A stretch of 64,000 nt of DNA from assembly GCA_977020255.1 (NCBI GenBank), contig CDROCS010004515.1:124001-188000 (forward strand), in the 5' to 3' direction. Under the pieces are notes generated by a model. It did no database searches and was not told the DNA's origin. It was given only the letters and a program-made list of their open reading frames with translations. Origin of the DNA: Obrimoposthia wandeli (taxonomy: Eukaryota). A program made the translations under genes and the position numbers. Shown here in pieces: positions 13,990-27,371 of this stretch (positions are counted from its first letter, which is position 1; each line of letters begins with the position of its first letter).

Positions 13990-14448
13990 TTTTTGATTTG
14001 TCTTAGATCCCACTGTTGTGAATATCACTAAAATCTACAACATAAGTTATGCCGCTATGTCATGTGGATCTACATCATTACTGCAGCCTCTTGATATTTC
14101 TATTAATAAACCTTTCAAATCGCTTATCAGAAAACTGGCATTTTCAATGTTATGGATGGCACTGAAGATGATATGTTGTATGAAGACATGATAATAGAAC
14201 TTGAGGAAAGAGATAATTAAGATTATTTTCTAGTACAAGTAATGAGAATGACAATGAGTTTTCATAACTTTACTGAGAAAAATTTGTATATAGTGTATAT
14301 TCTTTCAATTATTTATCGTTTAAAAATTTGTTATATAATTTAGTTAATTGCTTTATTATTTTCTATGGGTTTTATCTATGAGTAAATGGCTATACTTTAT
14401 TTTATCCCATTAATAAGGGATGTGTTCTATAGGCGAGTATATGCGGTA
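13990..14448 (+). mobile_element. pogo/Tigger-family DNA transposon remnant, internally deleted
   Basis: GSTSLLQPLDISINKPFK (DDE_1 third-Asp motif) and DGTEDDMLYE. The right end CTATAGGCGAGTATATGCGG-TA is a pogo-type TIR plus TA target. Confidence 0.75.
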
Positions 14449-15699
14449 AACATAAATTCTAAATTATATGTTGTTGTGGTCACTCTGACAATAACATTAT
14501 ATATTCTATGAATTCTGTCGTTTTTTATATCTATGACAGCTGGCTCCATCTATGGTCATACATATCTGAAAATGTTTTACCTAGTATATTGATTTAACTG
14601 TCAGAATTTAATGTAGTGAAACTTTACTCTGACCATATTTTTATCAACCTTATAGCACCCCATAACTGACTTGTGAAACATTTGTAAATACTGTCTAAAA
14701 TTTTTTTGTTGCAAATATTTAGTGATTTTAAAGCTGTTTTTGTGGGATAATTGTAGATAATAATATCAAGAGTTTGTCTGGTTAGTTTATTAACATGACA
14801 ATCCAATTTTGATAAAATATGAGATCACAGATTTGTAGATAATAATATAAAGAGGTTGCGGACGGTTGTTTTGTAGTTTGAATCGTTGATTTGTTTTCTT
14901 AAAGTTTTTAAAAAAATATCTTTAAATTCTTCGATTATTTTTTCTTAGATTCGCTAATTAGATTAGAAACCATGTAATTGTGGTTTTATATTTCAATGGC
15001 AATCAATAACATTAATAAATAATTAATTACATCATAATTTTTATTATTATTTATTTAATTAATTTTATTTGAAATTAAGTCATGACAGCAATATTTTTTG
15101 CCACTATTGTATAACTTTATATTTTTTTTGCATTTTCTATAGATTTTTTAATTTTTCGTATTACATATATCTTTATTTACATATTTAAAACATTTATAAA
15201 GGTTTTATTTGAGATCTAAGTTGATTATTTTTATTCCTTTTATTTTTAAACTTTAATTTCTTCTTTATAGTTATAATAAAGTACCAAATAAATGATGAAT
15301 TAGGAATTGTACAATCAAATTCAAATCTTTTGCCCGCGCAATATTTAACTTTGGGCTAATATTATATTTCTAAAATGAGGGTTCAATATTTTCAAAACTT
15401 TATGATATATACAACAAAAATATTATTTTAACATTTGCATTTTATTTCATTTATTTTAAACTAAATAATCTGTCCAAATAGAAACATTATTACCATAAAA
15501 ATAAAATACGCTCTTTTATCATGCAGCTGTGTGTCATGAGGCTGAATCAGGGTAAAAGATATAGACATAATTGAAATAGTTTTCTAATGAAACTACTTTT
15601 CTACATATTCCTTGGGATCAATTTTATTTACAGCTTAGAATGACTGGAAAGAAAAACGGTTTCATAAGTCCATGAGCAAAATAGCTTTTACTTCATTAT

Positions 15700-16150
15700 C
15701 TTTTGTTAAATTTTTTCTTTGACGCTGTTCACCCTTAGCAAAGGAATAATACTTTTGTTTCTAATTTCGTTTCTAGACATAAAATATGTATAAAATGGGA
15801 AATTACAACATAGCGTGCCCTGTTGAGCATCAACTTGTAAAGTTTGTGTCATTCTTTTTCTAAGAACACAATGGAAGTTTACACTTCTCAAATATACACA
15901 AGATTCTTTTGGAAAGAATTATTTTTACATATTGAAGGGTCATATCAAATCACACATTGTATTATTTCTTTCATTCATCGTTATCGTTTAACTGTTAGCT
16001 CTTTCAATGGAATTTCTGTTTTTATTGCTATTCAAAATGTCAAATGGATTGCCAATCCATACCAATTTTTATAAAGTGATCATGTACTTGATTCTTCCTG
16101 AACCCTGTATGAGATGATTGAGTTTCAGGTCTCCTGTTCACACAATGATT
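15700..16150 (-). mobile_element. Highly decayed transposase remnant, possibly piggyBac C-terminus
   Basis: Broken minus-strand peptides SYRV...KNWYGLAIHL and EKCKLPLC resemble piggyBac KKW and Cys-rich motifs; many stops. Confidence 0.25.
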
Positions 16151-16661
16151 TCAATTTGATCTATGAAATTGCAATGGTTATTTATTTAATTTTTTTAATT
16201 AAGATTTCTTCGTTTATGATCATTTTGTACGGATTTTTATTTGTTGTTTCTGTATAATTAATTTCAAAATTGTTTTACAATCTGTAACACAATTGAAAGC
16301 GATTTGAAAAGTTTGTTTATATTTAAATCTCTAACGAAATTATTATATATATATATATTTTAAGTTTTATAACTATAAAAACAATTTAGGTCAGATCCCA
16401 AAATTAAACATATTTTTATATTTAGTAGTTACACCATATTTGAATATTATGTTAGGTATTCTACCTGAAATTAATTAATCAATGTTTCATAATATTTGAT
16501 TATTTAATTTCTTAGTATAGGAGTTTTCAAACTCTCCTATCATGATATATATTGCTACCGTAAATCTCTTGTACAATTAAGCACTTATGTATTCTTTACG
16601 ATTGATATCTGGGCTTCTAGACGATTAATCAAAATGTTCGGTCTAATCCACCCCCCTCTCC

Positions 16662-16757
16662 CGGGGTCACTGTCCTTTAAAATCGTACATGTGTGTGGAG
16701 GGAAATTTCGTACATGTGTGTGGAGTGAAATTTCGTGCATGTGTGTGGAGTGAAATT
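16662..16757. repeat. Kolobok-like terminus (GGGGTCACTGTCCT-TTAA) followed by three 25-bp tandem repeats
   Basis: TCGTACATGTGTGTGGAGTGAAATT-like units at 16683, 16708 and 16733. The partner terminus was not found. Confidence 0.45.
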
Positions 16758-17241
16758 TTGAATAAAGTAACGAACGGGAGGGGGTAACTACCGCGACGGT
16801 AACTACCAAAAATCGCACACTCTGGGCGCTACAGTATTTTTTATTAACTTTATCCATCTACACATATCTCCCTCTCATTATTACAATTACACATGAATAT
16901 ATCATGTCATATCACTATAAATTACGAATTCATAAAGTCTATTTTTAACTCATATTTTCAATAAATTAATACCAATTATTTTACTTTGAATTTTACTGCT
17001 AATCTCAAAGGTGATTAGAGAAGACCATGGGAATCCATATCGACACCGGCGGCTTATCGCAGATGAGATTTCAAATAATTTGTTTACGTGAATATATTAC
17101 TACTATTTTAAAAAAAATTAGATTAATAATTTATGAGAGAAAAATAGGTAAGATTTATATAATTTATAGGAGAAAATACGTTTAGGTCAGATTTATAGGA
17201 GAAAAACAAAATACTAGTCAAAATTATTTTCAAAACATTTA

Positions 17242-17659
17242 TTAAATCAAAAATAAAAAAACTATATTGCCTTCACTCAAAGTCCAAAGAGGCTGCTTTT
17301 TCCTGTCATCAGCAAAATATCCATTGAGACGTATTGAAATATTCCATAGTTCTTCATCTAAAATTGGAGCAATCAAATATCCGAGATCATATCTAAAAGC
17401 CAGACTGGGATCAGTTTCAAGCTGGAATCAATTTTCTTCATATACATATTCAGGAATGTAAAATCCCAAAATATTTTTTCAATTGATCAATATCAGAAGT
17501 TGTTAAAATTTCAATGAGATATTTATTCTCCACTTTTGATATTTTCACAGGATTCATAACTCGTATAATTTGATGCCTCTTTAATATATTACATAGTTTT
17601 CCTTTTGAAATTCTTTCTGGGTAATAAAAATTTCCTACACATCTCAGAAGAGGATCCAT
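17242..17659 (-). pseudogene. Decayed intronless ORF B of unknown family, paralog of 17826-18268
   Basis: MDPLLR...VMNPVKISK...(frameshift, one TGA)...LWNISIRLNGYFADDRKKQPLWTLSEGNIVF. Confidence 0.5.
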
Positions 17660-17825
17660 TCTAAAACAAGGAAACTGATTAAAAACAATGTTTATAAAAA
17701 TACATATAAGATACAAATATTATGAAAATAAAACTGATAATTAATTGCCAAATGAAAGAAACATAGTAAAAATGAATATAACCTATTACAATTTATTACA
17801 TGCAAAATGAAAGAAAAATAAATAG

Positions 17826-18268
17826 TTAAAACATAGTGATATAAGCACGTTCAATTTTCCACATAGGTAACTTTGTTCCAATTTAATCTTTCTTGTAACC
17901 ATAAAGTCGAATTGTTACAGTCCATTGCTTCTTTTTCGGAAACGCATCAAAATCTATTTCTCTTCCATAGTCATCTAGAAATGCTGCATTGACTCCTCGG
18001 ATATAAAATTCGTTCTTATTGAAAGTAAAACTTGGAACTTCCTTTTCATCTTTCTGTTTAAGATATTGAAAATCTGTTTTTTGAATGTTTGATAGAACTT
18101 TCTTCTTTCAATTGTCACAGGATTTACTAAAGCCAACAGTTGAGCCTTCTTCAAGAATCTGACTTCGTATTTGAAATATTGTTTCACTTCTTCATACATA
18201 TTCTTTTCCGTTTGTTCAAATATTTCTAAATCTTCATCACCGCTTAATATCCGTTGGCTATTGTCCAT
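17826..18268 (-). pseudogene. Decayed intronless ORF A of unknown family
   Basis: MDNSQR...LVNPVTIER...(frameshift)...QWTVTIRLYGYKKD*IGTKLPMWKIERAYITMF. Confidence 0.5.
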
Positions 18269-21200
18269 AATTGATAATTGTTTTTGATATGAATGTATTT
18301 ATTGTGATTTGTCCTCCAATGCCCCAAAATAAGAACTTTCTAGTTGGAAGTGTAAACTGTAAGTTTACACTTCTGTTGAGAGATTCTCGGTGGGTAAAAA
18401 TAGTTGTCCCCAAAACGTGGTTTTTCGCCTTTTACTTTATGATAACGAGCTCCAAAGACGTCCTCTTTGGAGAGAGATGTATTTTTCAGGTCCCGGGACG
18501 TTTGAAAATGAAGGTCATTTTTTGAAAAATTATGTAGGTCATATACTTGATGACCTTTATTTTGAAAAACGGTTCGCGACCCCATTTTTTATTAAAGTTT
18601 TGGAGGCGCTTTTAAAAAATATTGCCCATATATGTTGTCAGATTTTTCATATACTTGTATATTTGACCTACATTTAGAGATTAGTCCGATTTTCAGTACC
18701 CTCTTTGTTGCTCTTTTCATCGGTTAAAATTATTTAATTTTATCTTAATAAAGATTGACTGTGTAGAAGAAAGAAAGCTTTACAACGTATTAAAATTTCA
18801 TTGCTGATTGTTGCGTATTGGCTGTTAAATCAATGTTCTTGTAATGTTGTTTAAAAAAGGCCTAAAAAGGTAAATTTAGGGCTGTCTGATTTCACTTTGC
18901 TTCATTAATAAGAAATGCTTGATTCACATTTTATTCATTTTCAACATATACATATAAAATTGCTGGGAAAGTAACAATATGCTAAAGTTGATTACTAAAA
19001 ATGCTTTAAGTAGGTCAAAATCCATTATTTGCGTTTTCTGACGTGTGGGATCTGGGAAATATATTTTTAATTTTAAAAATCGTAATAATTATCAATGCAT
19101 TCTTTTATTTAATGCTGCCAAACGGCATGTTCATGACTATTCTGAAAGTTGACTAAATTCATGTTTTAAAGAAAAAAGAATGACCCTTTTTTCAGTATAT
19201 TTTTCACAAAATTGAATTTCTGAAAATGAAACCATTCTAGGGATATTTCAATCTGAATAAAGAGGTAACTTAGAAACTCAACCTCAATGACTGTTCTACA
19301 ATATGACTTTTGCAGAAGTTGCATTTCTACTTTCAAAACGTCACAATTTGAGGTTGAAATTCTTAAAAACACGTTTTTTCGGTGTTTTCACGTTTTTCAT
19401 TCTCACGTCGTATATAAAGAGAAAAAGGTATCATTCTCTGAGAAAGAAAAGTTAAACAAACATAGATACGTATATAAATGAAAATTAAAATTTTAAAACT
19501 TAAGCTGGTCATAAAGTTGTATGCTGTAACTTTTGAATTAAAACAGCTACCCAACTACACATTCCAGCACTAGATGCGCATTAAAAAATGAATAAATATG
19601 TGTAAGCCACATTTTTGTAAGCATATTTCAGTTTCATTATAATTTTTATTTCAGTACCCTCTTTGGAGACATGTACAGACGAAAATAATCAAAAGTATGT
19701 TTCAAATTACCTCCATCTTATAGAGAAAAGAATTCTCTACAACGTGTTAAAATCTCATCATTGATCGATTCGTATATCCTGAGAACTAAGTGCTTTTCTA
19801 AACATGTGAGAAAAACATGAAAATACATTTTATTAATTAATCAATATTTTATTGTATACACTCAATTTTGCTAACTCCTGTAATATCCATCTGTTATAAT
19901 TTAAACTAATATCAAAAATTGCGTCGCATTAAGCTGAGTACGAATATGTATATAACTCAGATTGACTCAAAATATTCGCCGAGTAATTCGAGAAAACGTT
20001 ACAAATAATTAAACTATATCGATTTTCAGTACCCTCTTTGGAGACTTGTACCGACGAAAATAATTAAAAGTATGTTTCAAATTACCTCCATCTGATAGAG
20101 AAAAGAATTCTCTATCATATGTTAGAATATCATATATTGAGGAAGTATATATCCTGAGCTACATGAAGTTGTAAAAAAGGAAAAAAACAACCAGAAAATA
20201 CATAAAATTAATTTAATCAATATTTTATTGTATACATTTTTAATAAAATTCTAATTTGCTAAATATTGCTATTTAGCTCGGATATTATCGAAAATTGCAC
20301 AAAATATTCGTCTTAATTACAGGATAACGAATATATAAGTTACTTTACTAACCTCACAATATCCACAGAGTATAAAAAGGAAATAGATATTACCTTATAC
20401 TATAGAAATAAAACTCAATTTTGCTATTTCCTGTAATATGCCTCTGTTTTCATCCATAAAAGTATCAAAAAATTCGTCTTATCAATGTGAGAATGAATCT
20501 GTAATTTATTTTAATTTTGATAAAGTATTTTCTGTGAAATTTGAGATTTCAGATAAATGTAATATAATTAAATTAAATTTTTGAATTTTCGGATATTTGA
20601 GCATGGAAAATGAAAGTTGAGAAATCTTTAAGGGACCTTTTGCCTGCTAAATTTAGGGGCGATGGAGATAGTGAGCAATACAGCGGTGGGTGCTGATTTT
20701 CATTGTTGGTGGCTAAATGATGGTGGTGGTGTGTAGTGACGTTTTGGGTGTTTTTTCGGCCGGAGAGCGAGACCGAGAGCCGGGCGCCGACAAATCTTCT
20801 GTTGCCGGACACCGGCGGCTTCGAGCTCCTCTCTCGTGCCTCGTGCGGGGCGGATCTCAGATCTGGAGCGCATACACGACACAGCGTTCTGCAGAGCGAT
20901 CGCTGGCGTGTAGGCGAATCCCAAGTGAGATCCGCAAAAGTGGCGGTGGATTTCATGGGAGAGGGGGTATTGAAACAAGGAGAGTGTTTGTGGGTAATGG
21001 ATACTAAAATGAATAGTTGGGTGTGGAAATTCGGGGGCTCGATTACGAGTCTTTTGAGGGTGTTTTGGTGCACATTGGTGCAAGTGGTGCGGAGATATTC
21101 GAGCTTTTGTGTGAATACAATAAAAATGGTGTGAAACTTCAAGTGCCGCTTTCTGTAAGTTTCTGGGGCTGAAAATTACGGCGAGCAAGAATATGTATTT

Positions 21201-23199
21201 GGTTTTGCGATGAAAATTCTGTGTGACGAGATATTAGCGATATAAAGTCGCTTTTTAAAACAAAGACAAAGCATTTAAATAGCCATCTTTTTCCCGAATC
21301 CTCTAATATGCCCCCAAAACTTTTGCAAGTGGCTTCAGAAATTCCGTCTTAATTAGAGGACAACGAATATGTAACTTACTTTGCTCGACTCTCGATATTC
21401 GCGGAGTCATAAAGGAAATGGAAATTGCCTTATATTATAGACACGGTGCTCACTTTAGCTATCTTCTCTAATATGCATCTGTTGTAGTGCGGAAAATTAT
21501 TTAAAATTCCGTCGCATCAAGAGGAGCAAGAATATGTACACGACTTTTGTGGATTCCCAATATTCGCCGAGATATTTGCGAAAAGGTTACATGTCAGTGC
21601 ATGTACCGGGATTTCTAAAAACGTAAATGCTCTTAGAGAAATTCTAAAAGTAGAATACAAAATTACGTTTTGCCGAGAAACTTCTGAATCTGTGTTTACT
21701 TTCTAAATTGGTTTAGTATTTGTCGAGTTATTCGCATTCGAAAATCTCGATTCTAGGAATTAAGATATATGCTTAAAACTGTACTTTGCTCGAATAAAAT
21801 ATCTTTTATATCTTTCTGGTGTTAAAAATTCTGAAAAAAATTATGGTGTGCTTAGTTTTCTTTAATTCGAAATATTGAGAAAGAAATTCGTGAAAGAAAC
21901 ATTGAATGCAATATTATAAAAGTAGAAAACTCAATTTTACAATTTAATTCCATATTGCACCAAAATGATCGGAAGCACCATCAAAAGACGCGTCTCAGTG
22001 AGCTGAGTACGGATATAATTTTAGATTCAAGAATGGTGCTGTCCTCCTCGAGAAATTTGAGGAAAGGTGAATTTTCTCTGAAACTCACCAAAATAGGCAT
22101 CTAACATTTTTTTGCCCCAATTTCAACGACATGGTATGAAAACTTGCGCCTTGCTTAGATGAGAAAGAATATGTGGGTGGTTTTGCTAATGGTAGCATAT
22201 CTCCAGAGAAAAGTGTAAAAAAGCGTGTAATACCTGAAAAATTGATTAAAATAAAATTCACAATTCTTAAAATTATAGCATTTTTCAGATGTAGAATTGT
22301 TCCCTGATTCCGAATATGTAAGTCTAAAAAATCTGCGATGTCTGGGTAGGGAGATATTTGCAAGCAAAGTTCTGGATTTCTAAAAATTCAGAAAAATTGC
22401 TAAAAATATTTTCTGCACCAATTTTAAAATCTTAGCACTTTTCAGACGTAGAATCGTTCACTGATTCCGAATTTGCATGTCTAAATTCGCCAAAGTGTTT
22501 GTGTGGAAAGATAAAAGCAAAGGAAATTTCTAAAAGAGATGCGTTAAAACACAGACAAAGTATTTTAATAAAATTATTTTATTTACAAACTTCTTCGATT
22601 TTGCTCTAAAATTATCGCAAATAGCACCAGAAATTCGGTCTCATCAACACGAGAATGAATATGTATTTTATTGTAATATTAATAAAGTATTTGCTGAGAT
22701 ATAAATTATTTAAGATAAATGCAAAATAAATAATTAAATTCAATTTTGCTAACTTTGTCAATTTGGCTCTAAAAACTTCGAAAGTAGCACCAAAAGAAAC
22801 GTTGCAGAAAGATAGGAAAGAATCTAAGCTTAGATCCTATATTTATGAAGTATTTCCAGAGAAATATGTGAAAACGACATATTCAGATAATACTGCATGT
22901 TAGGATGCCCACTGTACTCACTTTACAACTTTGGTTGGACAAATTTTCAGGTTCCCGTATTCGCTTTGATTCGAATCAAAGCTCATGTTAAAGCTAACAG
23001 TTTACAGATTACGAATCTATGTTTCACAAACCACAAGATGTCTACACCTCACTTCACACATAAAAAGGGGAGATTTGTTTGAAAAACCTGATATACATGC
23101 CTAATAAAATATGAAGATAGTTTTCGTTTCACATTTCTTTATCACCATCATGTAGCCCGTTACAGACATAGTCGTAAACCAAGTTTAACAGAATTTACA

Positions 23200-26100
23200 A
23201 AACTGAAAGTAATGTCTCAAAATCCCTTTGAAAGATAATCTGCACAGGTACCACATACTGTAAATTACACGCCTATATTTTCACAGGGGCACTAAATAAT
23301 ATTTTCTTTCACTGAAATTCTAGAGTAGTACACAACATGACACGGGGAATCCATTTCTGAAAACCGTTTTCATAACACTTATCATCTTCTGGGCTTTTAA
23401 GGGTTAGGTGGTCCCTTTTTGGGACATGTGTGCAGTGTAGGCCAAAGACACCTGAGAACAATTTCAAATTTAGTTGTCGTTTTCATGAGCGTGTAGCTCG
23501 TGTCTGATTTAATTAGGAACTAAGTTTGCCACAATTTACAAATACGAAAAGAATATTTCAAAATCCCTTTGAAAAATAATGTGCACAGGTATCACATACT
23601 GCAAATTACACGCCTATTTTTTCACAGGGGCACTAAATAAAATTTTCTTTTACTGAAATTCTAGAATAGTACACAACTTGTGATGGGGAATCTATTTCTG
23701 AAAACCGTTTTCATAACACTTATCATCTTCTTTGTTTTTTAGGGTTAAGTGGTCTCTTTTTGTGACATGTGTGCAGTGTAGGCCAAAGACACCTGAAAAA
23801 AATTTCAAATTTAGTTGTCGTTTTCATGAGCGTGTAGCCCGTGTCTGATTTAGTTAGGAACTAAGTTTGCCACAATTTACAAATGCGAAAAGAATGTCTC
23901 AAAATTCCTTTGAAAAATAATGTGCACAGGTATCACATACTGCAAATTACACGCCTATTTTTTCACCGGGGCCCTAAATAATATTTTCTTTTACTGAAAT
24001 TCTAGAGTAGTACACAACTTGTGACGGGGAATCCATTTCTGAAAACTGTTTTCAGAACATTTATCATCTTCTGGGTGTTTTAGGGTTAGGTGGTCCCTTT
24101 TTGTGACATGTGTGCAGTGTAGGCCTAAAGACACCTGAAACAGATTTCAAATTTAGATGTCGTTATAACGAGCGTGTAGCCCGTGTCTGAAATAGTATAG
24201 AACTAAGTTTGACACAATTTAAAAATCCGAAAGCAGTGTCTTAAAATCCGTTTGAAAAGAAATGTGCACATGTACCAGTTAGTGCAAATTACACGCCTAT
24301 TTTTTCACCGGGGCACTAAATAATATTTTCTTTTACTGAAATTCTAGAGTAGTACACAACTTGTGACGGGAAATCTATTTCTGAAAACCGTTTTCATAAC
24401 ATTGATCATCTTCTGCGTTTTCTAGAGTTAGGTGGTCCCTTTTTGTGACCTGTGTGCAGTGTAGGCCTAAAGACACCTGAAACAGATTTCAAATTAGATT
24501 TTCGTTACAATGAGCGTGTAGCCCGTGTCTGAAATAGTCTCGAAACAAGTTCTACATATTTTAGAAGTTCGAAAGCAGTGTCTTAGAATCCGTTTGAAAG
24601 ATAATGTGCACCAAGACCACATACTGCAAATTACACGCCTATTTTTTCACCGGGGCACTTATAATTATTTTCTTTAACTGAAACTCTGGATTATAACACA
24701 ACTTGTGACGGGGAATATATTTCTGAAAACCTTTTTCACCACAGTGATCATCTTCTGCGTTTTCTAGGGTTAGGTTGTTTCTTTTTGTGACCTGTGTGCA
24801 GTGTAGGCCTAAAGACACCTGAAACAGATTTCAAATTTAGATGTCGTTATAACGAGCGTGTAGCCCGTGTCTAAAATAGTATAGAACTAAGTTTGACACA
24901 ATTTACAAATCCGAAAGCAGTGTCTTAAAATCCGTTTGAAAGATAATGTGCACAGGTACCAGTTAGTGCAAATTACACGCCTATTTTTTCACCGGGGCAC
25001 TAAATAATATTTTCTTTTACTGAAATTCTAGAGTAGTACACAACTTGTGACGGGAAATCTATTTCTGAAAACCGTTTTCATAACATTGATCATCTTCTGC
25101 GTTTTCTAGAGTTAGGTGGTCCCTTTTTGTGACCTGTGTGCAGTGTAGGCCTAAAGACACCTGAAACAGATTTCAAATTAGATTTTCGTTACAATGAGCG
25201 TGTAGCCCGTGTCTGAAATAGTCTCGAAACAAGTTCTACATATTTTAGAAGTTCGAAAGCAGTGTCTTAGAATCCGTTTGAAAGATAATGTGCACCAAGA
25301 CCACATACTGCAAATTACACGCCTATTTTTTCACCGGGGCACTTATAATTATTTTCTTTAACTGAAACTCTGGATTATAACACAACTTGTGACGGGGAAT
25401 ATATTTCTGAAAACCTTTTTCACCACAGTGATCATCTTCTGCGTTTTCTAGGGTTAGGTTGTTTCTTTTTGTGACCTGTGTGCAGTGTAGGCCTAAAGAC
25501 ACCTGAAACAGATTTCAAATTTAGATGTCGTTATAACGAGCGTGTAGCCCGTGTCTAAAATAGTATAGAACTAAGTTTGACACAATTTACAAATCCGAAA
25601 GCAGTGTCTTAAAATCCGTTTGAAAGATAATGTGCACAGGTACCAGTTAGTGCAAATTACACGCCTATTTTTTCACCGGGGCACTAAATAATATTTTCTT
25701 TTACTGAAATTCTAGAGTAGTACACAACTTGTGACGGGAAATCTATTTCTGAAAACCGTTTTCATAACATTGATCATCTTCTGCGTTTTCTAGAGTTAGG
25801 TGGTCCCTTTTTGTGACATGTGTGCAGTGTAGGCCTAAAGACACCTGAAACAGATTTCAAATTAGATTTTCGTTACAATGAGCGTGTAGCCCGTGTCTGA
25901 AATAGTCTCGAAACAAGTTCTACATATTTTAGAAGTTCGAAAGCAGTGTCTTAGAATCCGTTTGAAAGATAATGTGCACCAAGACCACATACTGCAAATT
26001 ACACGCCTATTTTTTCACCGGGGCACTTATAATTATTTTCTTTAACTGAAACTCTGGATTATAACACAACTTGTGACGGGGAATATATTTCTGAAAACCT

Positions 26101-26520
26101 TTTTCACCACAGTGATCATCTTCTGCGTTTTCTAGGGTTAGGTTGTTTCTTTTTGTGACCTGTGTGCAGTGTAGGCCTAAAGACACCTGAAACAGATTTC
26201 AAATTTAGATGTCGTTATAACGAGCGTGTAGCCCGTGTCTAAAATAGTATAGAACTAAGTTTGACACAATTTACAAATCCGAAAGCAGTGTCTTAAAATC
26301 CGTTTGAAAGATAATGTGCACAGGTACCAGTTAGTGCAAATTACACGCCTATTTTTTCACCGGGGCACTTATAATTATTTTATTTAACTGAAACTCTGGA
26401 TTATAAGACAACATGGCACGGGAAATCCATTTCTGAAAACCGTTTTCACCACACTTATCATCTTCTGGGTGTTTAGGGTTAGGTTGTGCCTTTTTTGACA
26501 TGTGTGTAGTGTGGGCATTC
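23200..26520. repeat. 342-bp tandem satellite, ~10 monomers, with A/B alternation
   Basis: AAATTACACGCCTA anchor at 23262, 23603, 23944, 24286, 24628, 24970, 25312, 25654, 25996 and 26338. Confidence 0.97.
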
Positions 26521-26780
26521 TAATTTCTTTTAAAAGAGAAGTAGGCATCGACAATTTACATGTAAAAGCAAGTGGGCATCGTTATTTTCCTTTAAAGACA
26601 CAGTTGGCATCGTAAATTTTCTTTTAAAATAAAATGAGCATCGTAATTTGCATTTTAAGAGAAATTGGGCATAGAAAATGTTCATTTTAACGGAAAGTAG
26701 ACATCATAAATTAGCTTTCGAAAGAAAGTGGGCAACCTAAATTTAATTTTACAAGAAAGTAAGCATACTAATCTGCATTT
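26510..26780. repeat. Degenerate ~31-bp minisatellite (AAGTGGGCATCGTAAATTTTCTTTTAAA-like)
   Basis: GCAT anchors at 26515, 26545, 26576, 26607 and 26638, continuing to ~26780. Confidence 0.75.
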
Positions 26781-27371
26781 AAACAGAAAAGAAGTTTTGT
26801 AAAAAGGAAAGAATGTATTTAAAATTGAGTTTAAAAAGTGTATGTGGGCTTTAGAAATTTTGGGAAATGTCAAATTTAGGCACTGTAAAAAAATTTTTTT
26901 GGCCCCGTTAAAAATTTTAGCAGGCAAAGGGTACCACGTTGGTAATGCTTGGATGCCCATAAATGATGCGTTTAAACAAGGATATTTTATGAAATAATAG
27001 AATAAATTAAAAAGAAATAGAATAAAATATCCTAATTTCGTAATTAAGAAGAATAAATTGATGTAATAAATTGTTAAAATTATATTTAAATAAAATAAGA
27101 ATAAATATAAAATAAAAATCTAATATTTAAAAGTAATTAAGAAGATAATTAATATATTGTCATATACATCTATAATATGTAATATATGCTATATTAAATC
27201 TTATATAGACACCCAAGTAACTAATAAGTACATAAATATATATAAAAATATAATATTTAAAAGTTAATCAGAAGATAATTAATATACATGTTGAATTTCT
27301 ATCGTAAATTTACTTTATAGTAGATAATTAGAGAAAAACAGGTTTACACTTCCATTTTGCCAAAGGCTCTA

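Larger units (their letters stand above)
18340..26950. repeat. Composite repeat unit 1 (hairpin end, degenerate subrepeats, GC-rich island, satellite, minisatellite)
   Basis: Colinear with 27372-33650 at an offset of ~9.03-9.16 kb; homology starts at CTAGTTGGAAGTGTAAAC in both copies. Confidence 0.9.

Noticed and set aside
20573-21188. Protein-coding genes in the GC-rich island (also 29782-30353)
   Set aside because: Overlapping ORFs in several frames reflect GC content; indels between the two copies break frames; no motifs.
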